From Perkinsus olseni (taxonomy: Eukaryota), in NCBI GenBank assembly GCA_013115125.1, contig JABANN010000137.1, positions 1 through 63,155 of the forward strand: DNA of 63,155 bases, given 5' to 3'. The notes beneath the pieces are model-generated. The model saw only the letters and a program-made list of their open reading frames with translations, had not been told where the DNA came from and searched no databases. Position numbers and translations under genes: made by a program. Of the stretch, positions 14,931 to 27,532 are shown piece by piece (position 1 is the stretch's first letter; each line of letters opens with the position of its first letter).

Positions 14931-15587
14931 CTAGTGTTCGAATACTTTACCGCTATAAGAGGAACGCTTCACTTCTTCGCTTCCACGTGGCTTGAACGAC
15001 AAGCTAGTGCCGTTAACGCAATGACGCTCATCTGTCGGGTACCTGGAAACCGTAGCTGACACCACGCTACGCTTGATTGCCTTTCCGCTACCTACCCCAT
15101 TCCTTCACCACGGAACACATGTCCTAGGTGGGACCCGCACTTGGCACAGAGGATCTCCGTACGACCAGAACCATCGGTCTCGCTCCGTTCGGCTACTGCC
15201 CCGTCAATGTTGGTCCAATACCCCGGCCACCCACAACCACAGTCAAACTTATGAGAGGAGTCGTACCTGGCAAGGGGGAGAGTAAGCGACGAAAAAAAAG
15301 GCGAGGCACCGTTACAGCGCAGATTCGCAAGCTCCACACAAGTAGGTGCCATCAGCGTAGTTATCATCCCATCCGCCCTTGGCAAGTGTCACTCCTCGGG
15401 GCTCGGTGGCCGCCTGTCGAAGGACCTGTCACGGTAGACATCAAGACCGCATCAGTATTAGTACTGAGGGTACCTTGAATTGAGTGGGAGTGAGCTTAGC
15501 TCTGAAATACTCGTCGCCTTTGTCGAGTGAACCGTCCACTTCGAGGACGGTTTTGCTGGTAGGCAGACGACCGCTACTACGATGCAT
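14931..15587 (-). CDS. MSRB: Peptide methionine-R-sulfoxide reductase MsrB (Cys type, Zn-binding), 4 exons
   Basis: LTPTQFKVLRQAATEP, GTYLCGACESALY, KFDCGCGWPGYW, RTEILCAKCGSHLGHVF.GEG and TDERHCVNG. Three clean GT..AG introns. Confidence 0.95.
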
Positions 15588-16581
15588 GGAGCGAAGGGAA
15601 GAGAAAAAACGAGACAGCATTCACTGTGGACAGCGACAGGGGTGGACACAAATATTGTAGCTAGCCTGAGGCCGTGAGAGGATTGGTCTGTAGTCACAGT
15701 CTGGCCCACTGCAACCTTCTCAACGTACCCGCACCCGTGCGCTCGCGTGCAAGCGTGGACGCCGAGTCTCTCAATTTTCACGTACCGCTTGCCAGCTGGC
15801 TCCGTAGATCCACTGCTATGATTGTCCTGTCCATTAACATCGCCGCACGGGAGGCACAACCAGGGGCGCCTAGCTACAGTGTGGATGTGATTGCTTTGTT
15901 TAGCAGCCTGACAACACGAGGCCAAGTAGCACGCGTGCACAACGCCTCCGCGCGAGGATGGCATCGGACGCGTCGCACATGTGAGCGGAAGCTGTGGGAA
16001 GCTAGTGTTTCGCTCCGTCGTTCGTGTCGCATTGACTCATCGATGCCGGCCCGTCCTCTGTGGAACTCAGCGAATCCCTCCGTCAAGCTTGTCGGTGATG
16101 TAAACAATGATCACATAATACCATGGGGCAGATTTCAGCGGGTGATTCGATCACTCTATCTCATAGCGTTCATTCGGGCGGGATAGCAGATTTTCGCTTC
16201 GTTGAGTGTGCGTCGGTGACTTTCAAGCATCGGAGAGACATAAGCCTCGTCTTGGCCTTGATCCTATCGTGTACTCAGGGTTAATACTCACCCACGCTTC
16301 TCGGGGGCTCACTTGATCTCCTTTGGGATGATTCAGTCAGTAGGAACAGTATTCGTACAGAACGCTTCTCAATATACGGGAAATGTTAGCTCCAACTTTC
16401 GAAACGGTTCACGTTGGTCGAAAGACTGGATCATGCGGTGAAGGTTGTTAGATGCCTTTGCAGCACCGACTTTTGGCTAACACGACACATGGAACGTAGA
16501 ACATGTGACACCGTGACAAAATCGGACAACAACACTCGTAATTTCTGAACCTTCTAGAGCACATTTTGGGCCTGAAGAGCA

Positions 16582-19500
16582 TCAGGCTCGTCCACTATGC
16601 AAATCTCGAAAAGTTCCACTTACCATTCTCGCGAAGGCGACGACAGAATTTCCAATAACGCTTTCCACGGCGACCCTAAACTTGATGCTCCCGGGCTCGA
16701 CCTCTGCTCCTCCTAGGATGTCGAGATATTTCCATGTTAGAGGCCCACCGTGGGGCCAACTAGTTTCGGACTCTTGCCCAGCGATCAGGTAACCGAGGAG
16801 CATACGGCGACATATGTCGACTAGCATCATGCCACGCTGCGTGAGCTGGGTCCTCGAAACGCCCTCTCTGATGCGCCTCCAGATGATATTTAGTTCATCA
16901 GGATTGTCAATAGTTGAACTAAGAACGTGGTATGATTATTGAGGATGGAGCATGCTTACTCTGGCAGGCCAATCTTGTACAAGCTGAAGTCACTCTTGAG
17001 TGTGAGGGAATACCGCGGTACTGTCCCGCCGGTCTGCCGCGTCTCGACAGTTTCGATGATGCATAAATCGAGGCTCTGACAGGAGCACGTGAGAGGCAGA
17101 AAGCTCACACGTTCAGTCCCACCTCGGGAAGAGTTTTTGTGTCCTTCGGCTTCCTGCCAAGCGGCGGGTTGGTGTAGGTCGCCATGATGTAGGCGGCCAG
17201 GCTTGGCGTTCGGACTTGATAATTCCCATCTGTTAGGGCATTCCACTTCCCTTCTCTAAACTCAGCCTCGATCTTTGCCGCTACGTGTTTTGCGAGTATC
17301 CCACTATCACTAGTCTTGGCCATCCACGCCCTCTGCAGGATGTCTGCTAATCTAGCCGGGCAAGTGAATGCTGGTGACACGGCTGAGTTAAACCTTGACT
17401 GCATAAACAGGAAGAGCAGTACTCCGTCTGCCCGCTGACGCGACGGTCAATGCGGCACGGAGACATCCTTGTTGACGATTGAGCAGAAGATTTTTCAGGT
17501 GTGTATCCGAGGGACCCGCGAAGCATCATTGCAAACACTCTACACCCATCAAGCTGCCTCTTCAACAGCATATTCACGAACACTCGCCGACATTCATAAA
17601 ACACACTAATCGACGAGAGGATAGTATCGAGTTTGGCTGTCATCACTCGGGGAGCCGATGAGATCCCCCGAATGGTGAAGGTGCCTCTATCAAAGAAAGC
17701 GGACTCATCGCTCACCCGGAGCCATAGGATACGGACGTGAAAATCGACCGAGCAGCACCAGTCAGAGGAGACAGGGTGGGGAGTGCCCCTTTTTATTGCG
17801 TCCTACGGTCCTAAGGCACGTCCTGACACATCTGACTTACTCGCCGTCTGTTATCATTCTCAGCCCAAAGACACCTCCAACGGCTTCTCGGTCCAACTCC
17901 ATGTAGTATCTTTTCCGAGGAGAATCCCATGTAGCTCGACGAGGCATATCCTGAATGAGCAGAAAAGAGCAGTTCCCGGAAGCTCTCCAGTAGTGTGTCT
18001 CCAACTGGCATGCGAGACCAAGAGAATCCCCGCGTTTGAAATCGGAAAGCGGATTCAAGGATCTTGACGCGGGACCTACGGGTCGTTCCTGCACAGCTCT
18101 CTCTGATTCCAGCGAGGCCTGTGCCATTCTAGACCCGTCTTTGATACGGAAACTATTTCGGGACTTCTGCTTGCCCGGCCGATAGATAATATCTTCCAAG
18201 TCTTCCCTTTGAGGGCTGAGCTCGTACTTGGTGCCTCGCACAGCGTTGCTGTAGTTCAGCACTGCCCTCAAATGATCGCAGATGGCGATACGACACAGTT
18301 GACTGTCGGTCACTTGACTGCGAGCATCGAGGACGACCATTGAAGGGTCGAAAAAACGCGTTAGTATCTGCTTCAGTTTCTCTGGGTACTCGCTGCTTAT
18401 GTCCGACTTGGCCCTGAGGGAGGGCAATGAGGGCATCATCGGTTCCTCGCGAGCTCACCTGAGTCGTCCTATCTTGTGGATTGTGAAGTCCTTCTTAAGT
18501 TGGAGTTGAAGAGTCCCGTAACGCTTGAGGCTCTCGGGCTTGAGATCTTCCATCTTCAGCACCTCACAGAGGGCGGGATCCTGATTTGAACCACCACATG
18601 TTGTTTTGCAAAAGATACATCGTCATCGACCTGTCGTCGATCTACCCTGCTCTCGGGAGCCCTTTTGATAGGTACCCTTCCTAGAGAATCGACATCTTCC
18701 CTCATCTTGAGGTCAACGAAGTCCTCCATAAGTGCCCCTATCAGTGTATCACCCCTCAGCACGAACATGGGTGACTTCGAGCGCGATCTCCAGCCCTCAG
18801 CAGATACCCCAAGTTCTTCCTCCACCTTCAGTTCCAGTAGCTTCGTCAGTTTACTCTGCAGTGGCTTCTTAGTCGCCCTCATCAGAGCGACGAGGTATCT
18901 CTGCAACTTGTGGAAGCACGTGTCGTCGAACGGTCTTCTCTTATCTGCTTTCGGGTTGCTTGCCAAGGAGGTGATTTCGAAGACTTTCGAACTGAAGCGG
19001 GGACGAGGGTACTTCAAGTAACGTTTCAGTGCGACATCGTTATTACGATGACTCCACTATCGGGTTTTTCAAGGACTTAACGGTGAGACTGAGCCGGGCC
19101 TCCTCTTCACGGTCTATGGCAAGGCGATAATCATATTGCTGGGTGGGCTCGGTGTTCAATATCCTTTCGGCCTCGCACACTGTATCCTGAGAAGAAGCGG
19201 CGTGTTTATCGATGATACTCATCGCTCCTGCGGGAGCGGCAGCACTCAGTGGCTTGAGCGAGACGTTTGCGCCCTCTGCCTTACCGTCGCAGATTCTATC
19301 CCATTCTCCCAGTTTGAAGCTATCATGCGTTCAAGGATCTCGAACAGGCCTTCACCACCTCGTATGACTTCCGGCGAATTTGTCGGGCCGAAGAAGCAGG
19401 GTCTCTGCTCTTTCACCGACATTGCCTGCGTTAGGACACCCAGAGGCGCTACCGGTAGCTTCAACGTGTCTCTCGCCTCCTCCGTTCGAACGTCCAAGCC

Positions 19501-20164
19501 TTCGGCCGATCGCCTTTCGTTGCGTGATATAGTGGCTTGCTCGAGCTGACCCGGTAGAGATTTCCCGCGGCGAGAGTCGAGTGTTCACTATCTCACGCGC
19601 TCCTCCCGAGCTGGACAAATACTCGTAACCAAGGCTTTCGTACGCCGCTATGGTCTGGCGCCACCTGGCTGATGGAGCCTTCGAAGAACTCCTATTACCG
19701 ACAGCAGCAGCAACGGCGGATACGTATTCCGGTGTTAAACCGAGGCGAGAGAAGGTCTTCCTACTCTCCGAGGTAGGAGGTACTGACCTGAGTTTTCGGA
19801 AGTAGGAGCAGGCGCTCGACTACGAGACGACGTTCTAAACACAGCTCCCACGACGAGTACAACAGTACTCGGGGGCACCGAGTCGATGAGGCAGCGACGA
19901 CGCGACCGATAAACAAGGATATACTTGAGCCTCCGGGCAACGCTCAGGTACATATCCCCTGCCATGTCGACGTAGGTGAACAAAAAATCCTCGTCCCTGG
20001 ACTTGTAAGAGGCCGTGCAGTTTCGCCATACCTCCTGCACGGGCGCCGAGGCCTACTATTTGAAGCTAGCGGAGCGACCGGCGACAATTTTTACGGCCTA
20101 CCGTTCGATTCGGTGTAGACGCTCCGACCAACGACGCTGTTACCGCGAGCAGTGATAGAAGCAT
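16582..20164 (-). CDS. Secreted modular-repeat family member P1 (shortened large class; centre degenerate or deleted)
   Basis: Signal exon MLLSLLAVTASLVGASTPNRT. Exons homologous to P2-P4 (QQYDYRL, QLKKDFTIHKI, RATWD..YYMEL..FGLRMITDG, CPARLADIL). Lacks about 2.4 kb of central modules present in P2. Confidence 0.65.
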
Positions 20165-20551
20165 TGAATAAAGGCAAAGTCTGCCTTGAGCACACTCCCC
20201 TACAACCCGATGATGAGGATAATGTACAACAATCAGCGGAATTGCCTCTGAACTCGGGCGTGGTCGAGCCAGAGAACAAAGACGAGCTGAACAGGTCAAG
20301 CCTGACGTCTCATACGACGTCGTTAGCTTTTGATCAACCATGCTCTGAAGGTCAGAGTCAGCGAATGGAAGATGATCCGCAACGCACTCAAATTGATGCC
20401 GATCCACTACGATATTAAATGGCTATAGCATGCTAACTCATGGCGGCGACTTCGAGTAGTGTTGGTTTTCACTGCAGACGCGGCCTGTACCACAGGCCCT
20501 GTAGGGATCCCACAGCAGGAAGACTATCGAACTGGTCGTGGAATCTGTGCT

Positions 20552-23500
20552 TCAATATGGCGTCGCGCCTTCTCTCCCCGAACAACACGAAAGGCTCATA
20601 GGTTGAAGACATGACACCGTAAAAACATCGCACATCTTATGGCATTTTTCGACGTTAGTGGGGCATGAAGAGCATCTTCTCAGCCTGAAAATTTTCGGGA
20701 AGCGCTTCACCCAACTCTGTCTTATTCTGCTTACTATTCCCGCGAAAACAGTGAGAGATTCCCCTATTGCAGTTTCTTCGTAAACTTTGAACTTGATGCT
20801 CCCCGGTTCAACTTCCGCTTGCCCCAGCAGCTTCAAATCATCCATGGTCAAACCCAAGTCCAATTGATATGCTTGCGTAGAGATGACGTAGCCGAAGAGC
20901 GCCCGGCCGCATATGTCGGTCGAATTGATATCACGACGGGGGAGGGAAGTTGGAACATGCTTCTTCATGCGGGTCCACAGGAGGTTGAGCTCCCCGGGCT
21001 CTTCGATTATCGAGCTGGGAAAAGTGGGATCATAGTCCACATGAGGGATAAGAGATGCTTACTCTGGCAGGCCAATCTTGTACAAGCTGAAGTCACTCTT
21101 GAGTGTGAGGGAATACCGCGGCACAGTCCCGCCGGCCTGCCGCGTCTCGACAGTTTCGATGATGCATAAATCGAGGCTCTGACAGGAGCACGTGATAGTC
21201 AAAAAACCAACACATTCAGCTTCACCTCAGGAAGTGTTTTTGTGTCCTTCGGTTCCCTGCCCAGCAGGGAGTTGGTATAGGTCGCCATGATGTAGGCGGC
21301 CAGGCTTGGCGTTCGGACTTGATAATTCCCATCTGTCAGGGCATTCCACTTCCCTTCTCTAAACTCAGCCTCGATCTTTGTCGCTACGTGTTTTGCGAGT
21401 ATCCCACTATCACTAGTCTTGGCCATCCACGCCCTCTGCAGGATGTCTGCTAATCTAGCCGGGCAAGTGAATGCTGGTGACACGGCTGAGTTAAACCTTG
21501 ACTGCATCAGCTCCGCTGTGACGTCGTGTGTAACGGGTGCCTCTGCCGTAGCTCTCGCAGGAGGCTCCCAAGATATGACGACGGTATCGTCCGGTGCCGA
21601 TTCGACCACGATCTGGTGGTCGACTTCAGACCTAGTTCGGGATTGTTCCATAAGAGTAAGTCTACAGCTTTGGTCCTGATAGAAAAGCGATCCGCTAGAA
21701 TAGAGACGCTACCGTGGCGGTCTCACCGAGGCGGTTGCTAGATCATGGAGGTTGCTGAGGGCCTCCGCGACTGGATGACCTTCATCAACGCGGAACAGCA
21801 CACCTTCGGCGTCGCCCACTTGAGCATCGTCGAGAGCAAGGGCCTTCAACCCCGCGTGTCGGCTCGTGTCTGCCTTGAGGGTTCGTTGCTGGGCGAAGGT
21901 CCTCGATGCGACGGTGAGATAATCGATAAGAGTCCTCTTGCAGAAGCGCACCGCCGCTGAGCCCTGCAGAGAGGTTCGAGCAACATCACCCAGCGGCGCC
22001 TTGGTGATGTGCTCCCGCAGCTTCGGTCGCCCTTGGCCATCACTGAGGGAGGAGGGGAGGGGTAACGAGAATGGACTCGTCGCTAGATGAAGATCTCACT
22101 ATTTGGGGCCTTTTATCCCGTGGATGAGGAAATCAGGGCTCAGAGACAGACTGATGGATGTCATATTTCCCTGCGCTACCTCTCCTCGCTTCACCATCGC
22201 TTCAACGCTGCATGTTGATGATGCCTGCATCATGCAGGAAACAATATAACTAGCGTAACGCGGCCCAGGAGGTGCTTCACTGTAGTTGCAGTTCTAGCTT
22301 CTCTATGGTATTCCCGATGTATACTGAGAGCCTTTGAAGCATGCACTGCGGACGTGTTCGACCCAACATTGCACCCAGTGGGCGCCGCTCACACTAGGAA
22401 GTGTCCCGAGAGGCATTAGACTGGCATGATCATCCCTCAGAAGTACGATATCAAGCCTCCTACGGCTACGGCAGCAGAGGAGGATCGGCCCTACCCATTC
22501 GTCGATGCCTGAGTCCAGTATTACAGACTGGTCGTCCAGAGCTTTCGCAACTTCATTGAGAGGCTTTGACGACTGTACGACTGACCACGTGAAGTCGGAC
22601 ATCTTCGTTAAACTGTCCATTATCTTGACGGCGAGTGTAGACTGTATGAGTCGGTATACGGGCAGGTCCCTGACTGGCTGTGTCCAGGCCTTAGGGTCCT
22701 CATACTCGGCAAGGAGGTATTCTGATACCCTCATCTCGAGGTTGTGATGATCGCCACCCCCGGCCTTCTTAACATCCTCAGACCGAACAAACTTCCAACC
22801 CCGCATGAGGTACTCTAGGAGGCGTCTATCGCAAGTATTCAGATTCTTATTAGCCCAATATTTGTCGCCCGGTACGGAGCGGATTTTCTTCAACATCTTG
22901 TCAAGCCTCCTCTCGTTGTCGAACGATGGAGCCCTAATGGAGACACATAGTCGGGATCTCTCGACAGCGGACGTGGCACAAGTCACTCACTCCTCAGATC
23001 CCACTCGCTGTCTCCGTTGTGCCAGTGTTGTGCTCCTCTCGCTGAGTATAATCCTGTTATCCGTGAAGACGGATAGGGCAAGCTCCCTCATCTCGCCTTC
23101 GGTGCTGCCTGTTGCTGAGACCCATGCAGCTTGACAAATAGGTTCGAGATCCTATCAGAAAACGGCCATCACAACACCAGGCCAGTCCCCTTCCCCTACC
23201 CGCAGCAAGAGGCCACCGTCGGGGTTCTCCTGCATCCTCGTCAGCCCTTGGGCGTGCATCCAGGGAAGCACAGTGCGGACCACATCGCTTCTGACCACGC
23301 CGAGATCTATCGACCCAAACCCGGCCCTATCCTCGAGTGACAATTTAGCACTGTTTTCGACCACCGACAGGATAGCAGCGAAGGAGGCCTTGGTGGTCTT
23401 TTCAACTCCCGCGTAAGGGGACGGCATATCAGCTAGAGTATCCCAGAGGTAGCAGGCGATAGAGAAAATACAGATTTCACGATCATTGATTCTAGGCTGG

Positions 23501-26500
23501 CTGCCTTGAGGCTGTTGTAGGCATCTGTTCTTAGCCTCTTCGTACGGCGTCTTCACCAACGGATACATGTCGGTCCTGAGTAAATAAAGAACGAGAATTT
23601 ATAAAGCCGCTCGCCCAGCATACGATGGTTAACGGCGAGAGGCTTATGAGAGCAACTTGCTCTCGACACGTTCGAAGGGCCTCATGGTTATCACTGGGGA
23701 TCAGCGAAGGGACAAGAGTACCATCATGCATTGGACTGATGTAACGGCGGAACTAATGAGGGCAAGTATGAACAATACATTTGTGAATGGTATCAGCGCT
23801 GTTGAGGAATGTCGTCACTGAAGTTTGAGCCTGGGACTATATTGGAAAGACTTTCCCCTCGAGATGGTCTCTGTGCCGAGGCATCAAGCGACACAGCTAT
23901 CACAGAGACTCTTTTGGAGGCGTTGATGACGTTACGAGTGGCTGTGTACCTACTCGCCGTCTGTTATCATCCTCAGCCCAAAGACGCTTCTATCGGCCTC
24001 TCGATCCAACTCCATGTAGTATCTTCTCCGCGACGAATCCCAGGTAGCTCGACAGGGCATATCCTGAATGAGCACGCATGATCGATTAGCCCCTCAGGTT
24101 TCTACAGAGACGATGTGGCTGGTAGCCGACTTAGCAACCGAATCAGACGAGATCCAGTTGCAAAGAGGCCGGTCCTACAGGGTGCTCTTTCGCGGCTCTC
24201 TCGAGCTCCAACAAGGCCTCCGCCATCTTTGATCCGTCCACCAACCGAAATTCGATCCGGGGGCCTTCCTCATCCGGCCAATGAGTAATGTCTTTCAGAT
24301 CGTTCCCTCTCGAGTCCAGGTGATAGTTGCTGCCCCTCACCGCGTTGCTGTACTTCAATACGGCCCTCAGATGGTCGTAAATGGCGATGCGGCAAAGATG
24401 GACGTCATTCACTTTACTGCCTTTTTTAACGGTTAACACGGAGGGCTCGAAAAATCGTCTCAGCTTCCACTTCAACCTTTCCGGATACTCATCGTCCATA
24501 CTCGACTTTGTCCTGCCGCAAGAGAATGGTTAATGACCATGGTATCCAGCAGGGGTCCTACCAGAGTCGATGTATCTTGTGTATTGTGAAATCTCGCTTC
24601 AGCTGTAATTCTAGAGCCCCTGGGTGTTTGTTACCCTCAGCGCTCGGATCCCCCCTGTGCATCACCTCACACAGTACCACGTCCTGATTGACTAACATCA
24701 TCACAATGAGTGCACACACCTCGATGACTTACCGTCTTTTCAGGATCTCCTCTGATCGGTATCCTCGCCAGAGGACCCACAGATCGCTTCATTTCAACAG
24801 CAACATAGTCCTCCATGATCGTTCCCACCTGGGTATCGCCCTTCATGACGAACACTGTTGCCTTGCTATCATCATTAGCCCGGGCCAGCTCTCCCTCAAC
24901 CCGCAGCTTCAGTAGGTTCATAAGCTTGCTTTGGAGCGGTCTCTTAGTGTCGTCCATCAGAGCGAACAAGTGTTCCTTCAATCTGTCGAAACATGTCTTG
25001 GCCGACCGCCCTTTCTTCTTGCTTGAATCGCTTGGGATCTCGAAGCTTTGAGAACTGAAGCCAAAATGGAGATCTCCAACCACGACCGAGAATGGCAAAA
25101 CAGAATGATCATAGCCGTTGAGCCGCTATTACGAAGATTGCAAAGTCGGTCTTCTCAGCGACGTCACGGTTAAGCTCATGCTGACGTTCCCCCCACTGTC
25201 TATAGTAAGACGAAAATCATATTGTTGGGTCGGCTCGATGTTGAATATCCTCACAGCCTCGCAGACTGTATCCTGAAAAATACCAAAATCTCATTTCTGA
25301 CTAACAAGCAACGACGAGTCCACGTCACAATGTCTACAACCATGGCCCTCAGTAGATTCTCGCTCGAAGTTTTCGAGCTCAAACTTATCATCATTTTCCC
25401 GACAAAAAGAAAAGAACATTGCGGCAGTCCTGCTCGCAGAGACCATCGCTGAGTACAATACCCGGACTCACCCGTTGAGATTTCAACCCGTTATGAGAAT
25501 CCGCGCTCGTCACTCTTTCTACGAGCTCTAACAGGCCCTTCGCGCAGTCCTCACCATTTTCCAAGGCCGACAAATCAAAGACATCACCGCTCTGCTTTTC
25601 CAACGACGAAACCGCAGCTTTGAGCGCTTTCGGTGGCTCCTTCAGTTTATCCTGATTCCCACCTCCTCGAGGCTTTCGATCAAGTCGGGTCGGCAGAGAC
25701 GATAGTCTTTTACGGTCGAGAGGAAAGAGTTGATTATTGATTGTAGCCCGCGCCCCTCCGTCGTTCGTAGAGTACAGGTACCCTAGGCCTAGATAGGCTG
25801 CTATGGTTCCTTGGCATCTCGCTGTTTTCGACTTGGGGATATCAGGATCGTCAGCGAAGCCGCCGAAAATGCGGTCCGGCGTCATGCCAAGTTGGAGGAA
25901 GACGTCTAAGGCAGCGGGGGTCAGGCGGATAACTGACCTGAATCATGAAGGACAGGGATCCCTCAGAGGCCGGAGTGGTGGTATCAAAGGTTGATCATGG
26001 CACACCACGGTAGCAGCAACAGTCGCAATACAGCGGAAGACGCCATCAAGTGCAAGGGCCGATAAAGCTGTTTAGTGGGAAAATCCGAGAGCTCCGGTCA
26101 ATGGAAGGCCAGAATTGTGATGAACCCAGAAGCGACACCCGTACCGTGGCGGTGTGTGACGAGCAAGAACGAGAAGGGACCGAAGACTCACTGATCTTTT
26201 GTTGCAACACTCAGAAAGGTTTCGCCCCATTCCTCGACGAAGAGGAAGGAGTATTTGCTCTCTTTGCCTTTGAAAACGGCAGTACAGCTCGGAGGCGCCT
26301 TCCCCAGCTTCTTAAGCTAAACAACGACCGCCATCGCCTCACACAGCGCTCAGAATGAGGCTTCCTAGTGGACCATTTCCCAATGAGCACTCAGTTAGTG
26401 TCCAGCCAAGAATAGCAACAACTTGGCGGACGTTATTCCTAATATCAACTGTACTGTTGTCGCCGACAACACCGTTGTCACGGCAGTATTCACAACCGGA

Positions 26501-27127
26501 CTCCCGGGTATGACGGACGCACATTCGACAACTTCTCCTGTGCGACTCCGTCTATGAGCTGATTGGACTCCGGTGTTTCTCTATGCTTTTACTGTCACAT
26601 TTTCAAGCTGGTGCAACTACTGTCAAATTTGGCTGCTCACTGCTATTTTGAGCCAAAGACAAACCGACGTGGGAGAGACGAGGGGGGACTCGTCAAAGTT
26701 GGTACTGCCAATATTGATTTTGAGTAGTTGCAACTTCCAGGTTGGGCTCAACTGAAGTTGGATTGCACACGTTGAGAACCTTTTGTTTTCCTTGACGATG
26801 ACTCTAGAATTCTCTGCTGAAAACTAGCCGACCTTGCGCAAGAAAGGGCGCAGATAATACTCCACGCTCTTTCGATAAGCGTGGCCGCGAGAAATCAACG
26901 CTTCACGTCGCTTTTCTTCACGGGCTTCGAGGCAGGTGTTGCTCCATGAAATCCAGGCTTGAAATGAGGCGAATACGAATCGCCTATCTTTGCCGTCATA
27001 AAGGCGTATTTACGAAGATCGGGACTACAGCCTAACCTGTTTCATGAGCACTCACCTTTTTCGAGGTGGAAAGAGACGCGACGGCCAAGGTTGCTGATAT
27101 CGCCAGCAGGAGAGCTAAAGCATGCAT
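20552..27127 (-). CDS. Secreted modular-repeat family member P2 (large class, about 8 modules)
   Basis: Signal exon MHALALLLAISATLAVASLSTSKK|GTGAGT is inferred to splice in phase 0 to LKKLGKAPPSCTAVF near 26317. Exons are colinear with P3 and P4. Both ends are approximate. Confidence 0.7.
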
Positions 27128-27532
27128 GGAAGCGTTACAAACTGCACGAGCAGCGAAGGCGTCGATCAACGGAGCGAAGATGGTATTGACATTATGGGAA
27201 GATTTGGTATCACCAGCAGTAACACTAGCTAGTAACGTATTCCAAAGAAGATGTCGAAGGGTTGAATGATGTATACAAGGAATTGTCGAACACCGCCATT
27301 GCATAACAGCAATACTCAGCTACGTTTTGCCTAGCGATGATCCGGCTAATTGAAGCGATAACAGAGTGGTCCACATCGTGACCCCTCCAGTGGGCACGGT
27401 CACACCTGCATTTTTCAATAGAGCTCCAAGGGAAGGCGGGACTGCTTTCAAGACCATCATCGAGCGACCGACAACACGAGCGGCTCCGTAATAAGCACAT
27501 CACACCATGAGAACATCAGACACCGGCCGCTG

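Noticed and set aside
15049-15056. ACCGTAGC, matching the start of the Perkinsus/dinoflagellate spliced leader
   Set aside because: Only 8 nt match, which is expected by chance in a window this size; the rest of the leader is absent.
16470-16480. CTTTTGGCTAA, resembling the U2 snRNA 5' stem
   Set aside because: The following GATCAAGTGTAGTA branch-pairing region is absent.
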